NCBI GenBank assembly: GCA_034667685.1
Contig: JAXDQU010000076.1
Span: 1 to 30,779 of the forward strand
Direction: 5' to 3'
Origin: Thermoplasmata archaeon
Lineage (GTDB): Archaea; Thermoplasmatota; SW-10-69-26; JACQPN01; JAJPHT01
DNA: 30,779 nucleotides
A program made the translations under genes and the position numbers. The notes beneath the pieces are model-generated. The model saw nothing but the letters and a program-made list of their open reading frames with translations, searched no databases and was not told where the DNA came from. Positions within the stretch are counted from its first letter, which is position 1, and each line of letters begins with the position of its first letter. Shown here one piece after another: positions 1-7,359 of this stretch.

Positions 1-60
1 GCCACAGAGGACACAGAGGTCACAGAGGCGACTTTCTCGTTCCTCTGTGACCTCTGTGGC
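1..60. repeat. Palindromic intergenic element built from 9-nt CACAGAGG(A/T) units (may be truncated by the window edge)
   Basis: GCCACAGAGG-ACACAGAGG-TCACAGAGG...CCTCTGTGA-CCTCTGTGGC. Same family as 4899-4984. Confidence 0.85.
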
Positions 61-79
61 GGAAGGCGGAGCGCGAATG

Positions 80-958
80 CTAGAGCGGATGCGCAAGCCG
101 CATCAACGCGAAGAGCAGATCGCCCGCGAAGAACGCGCAGACGAAGCCCGCGAGCAGCGGGATCATGAACGGGATCTTGGGCGAGACCCAGACGCGCTCG
201 TCGCCCAGCGCCTGGATGCGCTCGAAGCTGGCCGCGATCTCCTCCTCCGACATGCGCGAGGCCATCAGGCGCGTGCCGCGCGTGCCGTCCTCCGCCACGG
301 TCTCCATGGGCCAGGCGTGTCCCTGCCGCACGTCGCGCGCGGGGCGCTTCACGCCCAGGAAGAGGTTCGGGAAGCGCGCGTCGCCGTGCGCGAGGTTCCA
401 GATCGCGAGCGAGATCGGGATCAGCAGGAAGAGGAGCAGGCTGTCGGTGAGGATCGTGAGCGCGCCGGGGAGCGGGCCCGCGAGCGGAGGGACGCCCTCG
501 GCCAGCGCGAGCGGAAAGGGGGCGAGCGTGCCCAGGGCCATGAGCGCCTTCGCGTCCGCGCCGCCCGCGATCAGGCCGAAGCGGTAGAAGAGGTAGATGA
601 CCGCGGCGAAGACCGGGACCGCGAGCAGGAACGGCCAGCGCGCGGGAAGCATCTCGGGCGCCACGCGCGCGAGGACGCCGACCGCCGCCGCGCCGCCCAG
701 GCCCAGGACGCCCGCGATCAGGTCGAGCGCGTCGGAGTCCGAGAGCAGGAAGACGACGACCGGGATGCCCAACAGGTAGGGCCAGCGCGCGCTCCACGGC
801 GCCGGGTCGGAGAGCGCCTCGACGAGCAGGAGCAGCACGCCCGCGCCGCCCAGCACGGCCCAGAGCGCGTTGGGTGCGCGGCGCCAGCGCCAGTCGGTGT
901 ACGACGCGAACGCGAGGACGCTCACGCCCAGGAGCAGGCGCGCGAGGTCGAGGAGCAC
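80..958 (-). CDS. A24-family prepilin/preflagellin peptidase (FlaK/PibD-like) with archaeal C-terminal domain
   Basis: ASYTDWRWRRAPN (first catalytic Asp), GGADAK (GxGD motif) and C-terminal VWVSPKIPFMIPLLAG. Start taken as GTG at 958 because the upstream ORF extension runs through repeat DNA. Confidence 0.9.
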   Translation of the reverse strand: MLLDLARLLLGVSVLAFASYTDWRWRRAPNALWAVLGGAGVLLLLVEALSDPAPWSARWPYLLGIPVVVFLLSDSDALDLIAGVLGLGGAAAVGVLARVAPEMLPARWPFLLAVPVFAAVIYLFYRFGLIAGGADAKALMALGTLAPFPLALAEGVPPLAGPLPGALTILTDSLLLFLLIPISLAIWNLAHGDARFPNLFLGVKRPARDVRQGHAWPMETVAEDGTRGTRLMASRMSEEEIAASFERIQALGDERVWVSPKIPFMIPLLAGFVCAFFAGDLLFALMRLAHPL

Positions 959-1009
959 GCGGCGGACTCGGACGCTCCCCGCAAGAGGGTATCGTTTCGT
1001 CCGGCTCCG

Positions 1010-1160
1010 GCTGGGGGCTGCCGCCCCAGACCCCCGCCATGCGGAGCGCGCGAGAGGCGCGGGGCGCGCGAAGCGACGAGAAAAGGCGCCCTTCGCGCGC
1101 TCCGCGCTCGCCGCGCGCTTCGCATCGGAGGGGGGTTTCGGGGGGACGCTTCCCCCCGAC
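1010..1160. repeat. REP-like multi-hairpin intergenic element
   Basis: CTGGGGGCTGCCGCCCCAG, GCGAAGCG...CGCTTCGC and TCGGGGGGACGCTTCCCCCCGA hairpins between divergent genes. Confidence 0.6.
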
Positions 1161-1206
1161 CCGAATGAAACGATATCGTGAAAGCCGGTGCGCGCGATGC
1201 AGCCCC

Positions 1207-2007
1207 GTGGACCTGCGCCGACTCTATCCGCCGCGCCCCGAGTCGTCACGCAAGGGCGACTTCGGGCGCGTGGTGGTCGCGGGCGGGAGCGGCGTGTACG
1301 CGGGCGCGCCGGCGCTCAACGCGCTCTCGGCCCTGCGCGCGGGGGCCGACCTCGTCTTCGTCGTGGCGCCGCGGCGCGCGGCCGACCTCGTGGCGGGCTA
1401 CGCGCCCGACCTCATCACGCATCCGTGCGACGCGGCGTTCCCCGAGCCCGACGCGGTCTTCGCGCACGCGCCCGACGCGATCGTGCTGGGCGGGGGCGTC
1501 GCGCGCACGCCGGAGGCGCACGCGGCGCTGCGTGAGATCGTCCAGCGCGCGGCGTGCCCGCACGTGGTGGACGCCGAGGCGCTGCACGCGATCGCGGGGA
1601 AGCCGGAACTGCTGGCGGGCAAGCGCGCGCTGCTCACGCCGCACGGCGGGGAGTTCGAGGCGCTGACCGGACGCCGCTGGGACGGCGCGGGCGAGACGGC
1701 GCGCGAGGCGGCGCAACGATATCACGCCTCGATCATCGTCAAGGGCCGGATCGACGTCGTCAGCGACGGCGCGCGCGTCGTCACGGACGAGGAGGGATCG
1801 AGCTATCTCACGAAGGGGGGCTGGGGCGACCTGCTGGCGGGCGCGGCGGGCGCGTTCCTCGCCAGGAAGGCCGACCCGTTCACGGCGGCGCGCGCCGCGG
1901 CGTACCTGACCGGCCGGGCGGGCGCGCGGGCGGCGGCGCGGCTGGGCGAGAGCACGATGGCCTCGGACGCGCTGGGGGAGTACGCGGCGGTCATCCGAGG
2001 AGACTGA
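1207..2007 (+). CDS. nnrD: ADP-dependent NAD(P)H-hydrate dehydratase (YjeF C-terminal / carbohydrate kinase family)
   Basis: RPESSRKGDFGRVVVAGGS..YAGAPAL, GADLV, VVDAEAL, LLTPHGGEF, GGWGDLLAG. GTG start at 1207 lies about 30 nt after an AT-rich box (AAACGATATC). Confidence 0.92.
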   Translation: MDLRRLYPPRPESSRKGDFGRVVVAGGSGVYAGAPALNALSALRAGADLVFVVAPRRAADLVAGYAPDLITHPCDAAFPEPDAVFAHAPDAIVLGGGVARTPEAHAALREIVQRAACPHVVDAEALHAIAGKPELLAGKRALLTPHGGEFEALTGRRWDGAGETAREAAQRYHASIIVKGRIDVVSDGARVVTDEEGSSYLTKGGWGDLLAGAAGAFLARKADPFTAARAAAYLTGRAGARAAARLGESTMASDALGEYAAVIRGD

Positions 2008-2009
2008 TG

Positions 2010-2040
2010 AAAAAGGAGCGCAGGGGGCGCGGGGCCCCGA
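2010..2040 (-). terminator. Putative terminator (GC hairpin plus U-tract) for the small minus-strand ORF
   Basis: Minus strand reads GGGGCCCCGCGCCCC...CTCCTTTTTCA just after the TAG at 2050-2052. Confidence 0.4.
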
Positions 2041-2049
2041 GCAGGCGGC

Positions 2050-2214
2050 CTAGCGGCGGAGCTGGCGGTCGAACGCGGGCATCTCGGGCGCACCCGCGGG
2101 CTGCGCGCCGCGAGCCTGGCCCTCGATGCGCACGATCTTCCCGTCGATGAGCGCGAAGTGCGCGTCGGAGTGCCCTTCCAGCTCGATGGACGGCATCTTC
2201 TTCCCCTTCTTCAT
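2050..2214 (-). CDS. Small hypothetical protein, 54 aa (MKKGKKMPSIELEGHSDAHFALIDGKIVRIEGQARGAQPAGAPEMPAFDRQLRR)
   Basis: Translated by hand, not in the ORF track. ATG at 2214, TAG at 2050-2052, host-like G/C third positions, terminator-like tract downstream. Confidence 0.65.
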   Translation of the reverse strand: MKKGKKMPSIELEGHSDAHFALIDGKIVRIEGQARGAQPAGAPEMPAFDRQLRR

Positions 2215-2235
2215 GCGATGGTACCCCGTCTGTTC

Positions 2236-2400
2236 ACACCCACTTCCTCCTTCAAACCGGTTTCGGCTCCGATGTCGGATATCTCGCAGTCGAGCGGTTG
2301 CGACGAAGGAAGTTCAGGATGTCATCTCCCCCGAGCGGGTGGAACCTTGTTTGATCCGGAGCGACGAACAAGCAGCCGGGCGTGGCGGGTGCCCGCGTGC
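2236..2400. ncRNA. Candidate structured RNA or leader (multi-stem junction), strand uncertain
   Basis: ACTTCCT/AGGAAGT closes three internal hairpins, followed by three further hairpins. Several positions are G-U compatible. Confidence 0.35.
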
Positions 2401-2429
2401 CTGATATCACCCCTTCGCCATGCGGCGGC

Positions 2430-3425
2430 GTGCGTCCGGCGCCGCTGCTGCTCCTTGCCTTCCTGCTCGCGCCGGGCCTCGTCGCCGCGCAGCAGGCGCC
2501 CGCCGACGCGGCGCTCCCGGAGGGCGTCGCCATCGTCCAGGGGGGCGCGCCGGGCGTCCACGTCACCGTGAACGGCGAGGACGTCGGCCAGGCGACGGGG
2601 CCGCGCGCCGCCATCGCGTTCGACCCCTCCCGGAGCGCGAACCTGTCGCTGGCGCTCTCGCCGCCGCCCGGCTCGACGTGGGAGATCCGCCGCTTCGAGG
2701 TCGGCCTCGTGCTCACCGGCGAGGGCGGGAAGCCCGCGATCACGCGCGCGAGCGAGACGAACACCAGCATCCCGTCCGGGTTCACCGTCTACATCAACCG
2801 CAGCGTGGACCTCAGCGCGTTCAAGCGCGTCGGCGCGGGCCTCTTCCTCATGGAGGTGCGCGTCGAGGACGACCACGGCGCGGACCTCTACGCGCAGAAC
2901 TTCTTCGTGAAGGTCGAGGGCAACCCGCTGCTCACCGTCGCGGGCGCCACCGTGACCGTCATCACCGTAGGCACCGGCTACGGCGTCTGGCAGATCCTGC
3001 GCGACCTCAAGGAGCTGAAGAAGGCGCGCGACCGCCACAAGGCCGAGGAGGCGCAGAAAGGCCGGCTCTCGAGGCTCGCCGACGTCGCGGGCGCCGGCCT
3101 CGATCTCACGGCGGGCGTGGCGGGCACCGTCTCCGCCGCGCAGGACCGCGACGCGCACGCCAGCCGCCTGGAGCGCCGCCGCCCGATCGCGTGGACCGCG
3201 ACCGGGCTGGGGCTGGGCGGCGTGGGCGTCTCGTGGGCGCAGTTCATGGGCCTCGTCCCGCTCGACGTCGGGAACCTCCTGGCCTGGACGCTCGGCGTGG
3301 GCGCGCTCTTCCTGAGCTGCGCATTGCTCGCCGTCGCGCTCTACAGGCGCACGCTCCGCGCCCGGACGCGCACGCTCATCCCCGAGGCGCCGGAGCGCAC
3401 CGTGGACCACAAGGTCCGGCGATAA
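2430..3425 (+). CDS. Hypothetical membrane protein (signal peptide, extracellular beta-rich domain, three TM segments)
   Basis: GTG start at 2430 about 25 nt after CTGATATCA, hydrophobic signal ending in AAQQA, strong GC3 codon bias. Confidence 0.8.
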   Translation: MRPAPLLLLAFLLAPGLVAAQQAPADAALPEGVAIVQGGAPGVHVTVNGEDVGQATGPRAAIAFDPSRSANLSLALSPPPGSTWEIRRFEVGLVLTGEGGKPAITRASETNTSIPSGFTVYINRSVDLSAFKRVGAGLFLMEVRVEDDHGADLYAQNFFVKVEGNPLLTVAGATVTVITVGTGYGVWQILRDLKELKKARDRHKAEEAQKGRLSRLADVAGAGLDLTAGVAGTVSAAQDRDAHASRLERRRPIAWTATGLGLGGVGVSWAQFMGLVPLDVGNLLAWTLGVGALFLSCALLAVALYRRTLRARTRTLIPEAPERTVDHKVRR

Positions 3426-4169
3426 TCATGTATTGCCTCGGCCCATCTCTCGCTCCAGCAGTTCCTTAATCTCGCCGGCGAGCCGATGCTGTGTTCGAAC
3501 AAGTTCTCTCAGCCGAGGTCCGTCCGACCAAGCGGAAATGGCAGCATTGACTTCTGCAATCACGGATTGCCATGCGCCATGATCTGATGAGATGTAGCCG
3601 TCAACCAATACCTCAAGGCCTGCTTGCGCACTAGGTACACGCGCCGTGACAAAGTCCTGTGCCCACGTGGCCGGACTTACGGCTGACAACCAGAAGTCCT
3701 CAAGTCGCGTGACGGTGTGCAACGGTCGCGTTCCACCGGGCCCATGAGCCATAACTCGGATGTTCACGTCTCCAACGGTTGTCTTGTTGGGGTCGCCGAT
3801 TGAATGCCCGGCGCGTCTGCCGGCATCCCTCGCGATGTCGTTCGCAACGCTTCCGAGTAGCACAGACTCCTCATGCATGGCGGAGAGTTGCACGAGCTTC
3901 TTTCGGAGCCGACGTGGCACACTTCGCAGAAGATACGGCTTTTCGTCCTCAAACGTTCGCCAGCACGTGACGATGCCCGTCTCATTCCCCCAAGTTTCGG
4001 GAAAAACATGGTGAACTCTGGCTTCGTGGAGCATTCTCACGTATAGTAACTCCATGAGTTGATCGCGTCGGGCGCGGCCCCTGTCGCGCGCGACGATGAT
4101 CGCCGACGCAGATGTTGCGATCGCCGTCACTGACCCAATGACAAGCTCGGCTGTCGTGGTGTAGTCCAT
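3426..4169 (-). CDS. Hypothetical protein with N-terminal TM helix, atypically low GC, likely horizontally acquired
   Basis: 247-aa ORF filling exactly a visibly more AT-rich segment, with many A/T-ending codons unlike its neighbours. Confidence 0.75.
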   Translation of the reverse strand: MDYTTTAELVIGSVTAIATSASAIIVARDRGRARRDQLMELLYVRMLHEARVHHVFPETWGNETGIVTCWRTFEDEKPYLLRSVPRRLRKKLVQLSAMHEESVLLGSVANDIARDAGRRAGHSIGDPNKTTVGDVNIRVMAHGPGGTRPLHTVTRLEDFWLSAVSPATWAQDFVTARVPSAQAGLEVLVDGYISSDHGAWQSVIAEVNAAISAWSDGPRLRELVRTQHRLAGEIKELLEREMGRGNT

Positions 4170-4226
4170 ATTTGGGCTGTTCTCGGAACGACAGCCTATT
4201 CATGCCGAATAAATGTAGAGCGACAC

Positions 4227-4892
4227 GTGATCCGCGCGTTCGCCTTCGACCTCGACGAGACGCTCACGGACTGCGAGCCGCAGCACGTCGCCGCCACGCG
4301 CGCGATGCTGCACGCGATCGGCGCCGACCCCGCGAAGGTGGCCGACGCGTTCCATGATATCACGGGCAAGCGGACGCGCGACGTCGTCGAGACGATCCGC
4401 GAGGCGGCCGGCGCGAAGCCCAGCGTCGACGAGCTGCTCGCGCTCCGCCACGCCGCGTTCCTCGCGGCGCTCGACGAGGCGCCCGCGCAGCCCCGCTCCG
4501 GCGCGCTCGACCTCGTGCGGGCCTGCCGCGCGCGCGGGCCCGTCGCGCTCGTGACCAGCGGCCACCGCGACGACGCGCTCGCCACGCTCGGCTCCCTGCG
4601 CGCGACGCCGCTGTTCAACGCCATCGTCACCGGCGAGGACGTCGAGCTGCCCAAGCCCGACCCCGAGCCGTACCGGATCGCCGCCTCGCGCCTGGGCGTG
4701 CCGGCCGCGGACGTGCTCGTCTTCGAGGACTCGGCGCGTGGCGTCGCGAGCGCCAAGGCCGCCGGTTGCCGCGTCGTCGCGGTGCCCAACGCGCGCTCGA
4801 CGAGGTCGGAGCAGGTGCGTGCGGCGGATATCGTCCTGGCCGAGCCCGGCGACGCGCTGCCGCTGGAGACGCTTCTGGCTCGATTGGCGTGA
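4227..4892 (+). CDS. HAD-superfamily hydrolase (beta-PGM/CbbY-like phosphatase)
   Basis: FDLDETL (motif I), LVTSG (II), KPDPEPY (III), VFEDSARGV (IV). Confidence 0.93.
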   Translation: MIRAFAFDLDETLTDCEPQHVAATRAMLHAIGADPAKVADAFHDITGKRTRDVVETIREAAGAKPSVDELLALRHAAFLAALDEAPAQPRSGALDLVRACRARGPVALVTSGHRDDALATLGSLRATPLFNAIVTGEDVELPKPDPEPYRIAASRLGVPAADVLVFEDSARGVASAKAAGCRVVAVPNARSTRSEQVRAADIVLAEPGDALPLETLLARLA

Positions 4893-4898
4893 GCGGTG

Positions 4899-4984
4899 CG
4901 ACTCCAGCCACAGAGGACACGGAGGACACAGAGGCGGGTTTTCTCGTCCTCTGTGAACCTTCGTGTCCTCTGTGGCTGGAGTCG
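4899..4984. repeat. Palindromic element of 9-nt CAC(A/G)GAGGA units
   Basis: CGACTCCAGCCACAGAGGACACGGAGG pairs with CCTTCGTGTCCTCTGTGGCTGGAGTCG, with an inner CACAGAGG/CCTCTGTG stem. Confidence 0.9.
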
Positions 4985-5030
4985 GAGCGGGACAAACGCT
5001 CAAGCGGCCGACCGAGGCTGCGGCATCCGG

Positions 5031-5444
5031 ATGCCCTGCGGCCACGCCTACTTCGACCACACCGCCGACGTGGGCATCCACGCCTGGGGCGAGACGCTGG
5101 AGGAGGCGTTCGCAGAGGCGGCCGTGGCGCTCGTGGCGTACATGGTGGAGACGGCCGACGCGAAGCCCGTGGGCGAGGCGCGTCTAGAGGTAGAAGCCGA
5201 GACGCGCGACCGCCTGCTCTACCGCTTCCTGGACGAGGTGCTTGATTTGCTCCAGACGCGGCTCTACGTCGTGACGCGCGCCCGCGTCCGCTTCGAGGGC
5301 GCCACGCGCCTCGTGGCCGACGTCGAGGGCGAGGCGTACGACGCGGCGCGGCACGGCCACGTCCACGAGGTGAAGGCCATCACGTTCCACGACCTGCACG
5401 TCTCGGAGCGGCCGCCGGACGTGCGCGTCATCTTGGACATTTGA
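5031..5444 (+). CDS. Archease (RtcB activator)
   Basis: YFDHTADVG, EEAFAEAA, EVKAITFH and terminal VILDI signature motifs. ATG at 5031. Confidence 0.95.
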   Translation: MPCGHAYFDHTADVGIHAWGETLEEAFAEAAVALVAYMVETADAKPVGEARLEVEAETRDRLLYRFLDEVLDLLQTRLYVVTRARVRFEGATRLVADVEGEAYDAARHGHVHEVKAITFHDLHVSERPPDVRVILDI

Positions 5445-5445
5445 C

Positions 5446-5570
5446 CGCTCGGGCCGCCTCCGGCGGAGAAGGACGGAATCTCCGAATCGCGGAACCTCAG
5501 GCTCGTCGCCCTGATCGGAGATTCCAAGATTCGGAGATTCCGTCCTTCCCCGCCGGAGGCGGCCCGAGCG
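5446..5570. repeat. Long inverted repeat (43-bp arms, 1 mismatch) with 8-nt periodic inner units between convergent genes, possible bidirectional terminator
   Basis: 5446-5488 versus the reverse complement of 5528-5570. Inner units GGAGATTC-CAAGATTC-GGAGATTC. Confidence 0.9.
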
Positions 5571-5576
5571 CTCAGA

Positions 5577-5894
5577 TCAGTACTTCGCCAGCCGGTCGTC
5601 GACCTCGTCCGCCCAGGCGTCAATACCGCCGGCGACGTTCTCGGCGCGGTAGCCCCGCGCGGCGAGCCACGCGGCCACCATCTGCGAGCGGCTGCCGTGG
5701 TGGCAGATCACGAGGACGGGCTTGTCCTGCGGGATCTCGGCGAGCCGCGCCGGCACCTCGCGCATGGGGATCCAGAGGGCGCCCTCGACCTCGGCGATCT
5801 CGATCTCGCTCTCCTCGCGCACGTCGAGCAGGGTCGCGGCGCCCGCCCGGAAGCGCAGCGCGGCGGCGACCACCTCGGTCTGGGGGACCGGCAT
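5577..5894 (-). CDS. Single-domain rhodanese-like sulfurtransferase
   Basis: LLDVRE, active-site loop ICHHGSRS, NVAGGIDAW, C-terminal VDDRLAKY. Confidence 0.93.
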   Translation of the reverse strand: MPVPQTEVVAAALRFRAGAATLLDVREESEIEIAEVEGALWIPMREVPARLAEIPQDKPVLVICHHGSRSQMVAAWLAARGYRAENVAGGIDAWADEVDDRLAKY

Positions 5895-5920
5895 CGGAGC
5901 CGGCAAGCGGGCTGCTGCAC

Positions 5921-5999
5921 TTGGGGCTTTGGGCTTGGGGAGGGCTCGGGGCTCTGGACTCGGGGCTCAGGGCTCCGGAGCCCTGAGCCCCGAGCCCGA
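5921..5999. repeat. Palindromic element of 7-nt GG(G/A)CTC(A/G/T) units
   Basis: CTCGGGGCTCAGGGCTC-CG-GAGCCCTGAGCCCCGAG with further degenerate heptamers upstream. Confidence 0.88.
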
Positions 6000-6090
6000 A
6001 ACGTAAGGTTATGTCCGGAGAGCCTTGATGCGACCCCCGCCCCTCCGACCGGATGCAGCGGCATCGGACCCCGGGAATCTGGTAGTTTCG

Positions 6091-6106
6091 CAGCACCCGG
6101 GTGCTG
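6091..6106. promoter_or_regulatory. Perfect 16-bp palindrome in the radA leader (operator or RNA stem)
   Basis: CAGCACCCGGGTGCTG, ending 32 nt upstream of the ATG. A TATA-like TAAGGTTATG lies at 6004-6013. Confidence 0.4.
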
Positions 6107-6138
6107 ACTCATGCCGCGCCGCAGGATTGGAGAGAACC

Positions 6139-7143
6139 ATGGCCAAGAAGGCTACCACCGTGACCCTCGAACCCGAAGACGACACCCCGGTCACCGAAGG
6201 CCAGACCATCACCGACATCGGCGATCTGCCCGGCGTGGGCCCGGCGACCGCGGAGAAGCTGAAGGAGGCCGGGTTCACCGACCTCATGTCCATCGCCGTG
6301 GCCAGCCCCAGCGACCTGGGCGAGGCCGCGGACCTGGGCGACGCCGTCGCGGTCAAGATCATCGCCGCGGCCCGCAAGCTCGCCAACGTGGGCGGCTTCG
6401 AGACGGGTGACGTCATCGCCGACCGGCGCAGCCGCGTGGGCAAGATCACCACCGGCTCGAAGGCCCTGGACGAGCTCCTGGGCGGCGGCGTCGAGACGCA
6501 GGCCATCACCGAGTTCTACGGCGAGTTCGGCAGCGGCAAGACCCAGTTCATGCACCAGCTCGCGGTGAACGTCCAGATGCCCGCCGAGGACGGCGGCCTG
6601 GGCGGCGAGGTCATCGTCATCGACACGGAGAACACGTTCCGCCCCGAGCGCATCGTGCAGATGGCCGACGCCATCGGCCTCGATCCGAAGGAGGCGCTCT
6701 CCAAGATCCACGTGGCGCGCGCCTTCAACTCGCACCACCAGATGCTCCTGGCCGAGAAGGCCACGGAACTGGCGAAGTCGAAGAACATCAAGCTCATGGT
6801 CGTCGACTCGCTCACCGCGCACTTCCGCGCCGAGTACGTGGGCCGCGGCACGCTGGCGAACCGTCAGGGCAAGCTCAACACGTTCATGCACGACATCCTG
6901 CGCTTCGGCGACCTGAACAACGCGGCCATCGCCGTGACCAACCAGGTCCACGCCAAGCCGGATGCGTTCTTCGGCGACCCGACGCGCCCCGTGGGCGGCC
7001 ACATCGTGGGCCACACGGCGACGTTCCGCATGTACCTCCGCAAGTCGAAGGGCAACAAGCGCATCGTGCGGCTCATCGACTCGCCGCATTTGCCGGAAGG
7101 AGAAGCGATCGTCAGCGTGACCGAAGATGGGATTCGGGACTGA
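6139..7143 (+). CDS. radA: DNA repair and recombination protein RadA
   Basis: N-terminal HhH ([13 protein letters not shown]), Walker [56 protein letters not shown] at 6139 after GGAGAG. Confidence 0.98.
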   Translation: MAKKATTVTLEPEDDTPVTEGQTITDIGDLPGVGPATAEKLKEAGFTDLMSIAVASPSDLGEAADLGDAVAVKIIAAARKLANVGGFETGDVIADRRSRVGKITTGSKALDELLGGGVETQAITEFYGEFGSGKTQFMHQLAVNVQMPAEDGGLGGEVIVIDTENTFRPERIVQMADAIGLDPKEALSKIHVARAFNSHHQMLLAEKATELAKSKNIKLMVVDSLTAHFRAEYVGRGTLANRQGKLNTFMHDILRFGDLNNAAIAVTNQVHAKPDAFFGDPTRPVGGHIVGHTATFRMYLRKSKGNKRIVRLIDSPHLPEGEAIVSVTEDGIRD

Positions 7144-7315
7144 GCGAAGCGAAGGCCCGAAGGCCATCGAGTCACGCTGGCGACCGTTTCGACTGAAGGC
7201 AAATGCGGCGAGGTGATGATAGGCCGGACCGCAGTCCGGCCGTGTCATCGACTCGCCGCATTTGCCGGAAGGAGAAGCCATCGTCAGCGTGACCGAAGAC
7301 GGGATTCGGGACTGA
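7073..7315. repeat. Direct-inverted-direct triplication of the radA 3' end
   Basis: 7073-7143 and 7245-7315 are 69/71 identical. 7171-7219 matches the reverse complement of 7073-7121 at 39/49. Hairpin GGCCGGAC-CGCA-GTCCGGCC at 7222-7241. Confidence 0.95.
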
Positions 7316-7320
7316 AGAAG

Positions 7321-7359
7321 GAGGATCGGGGGCGCCTCGCGCCCCCGCGTCTCGTCCTC
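7321..7359. terminator. Hairpin between convergent radA and PGF-CTERM genes
   Basis: GAGGA..CGGGGGCGC-CTC-GCGCCCCCG..TCCTC. Confidence 0.5.

Noticed and set aside
80-958. A24 peptidase as the processing enzyme for the lipoprotein operon
   Set aside because: The operon proteins carry lipobox or class I signals, not class III pilin signals, and the gene lies 18 kb away.
7073-7315. Diversity-generating retroelement TR/VR pair at the radA end
   Set aside because: Differences between copies are not adenine-specific and no reverse transcriptase is present in the window.
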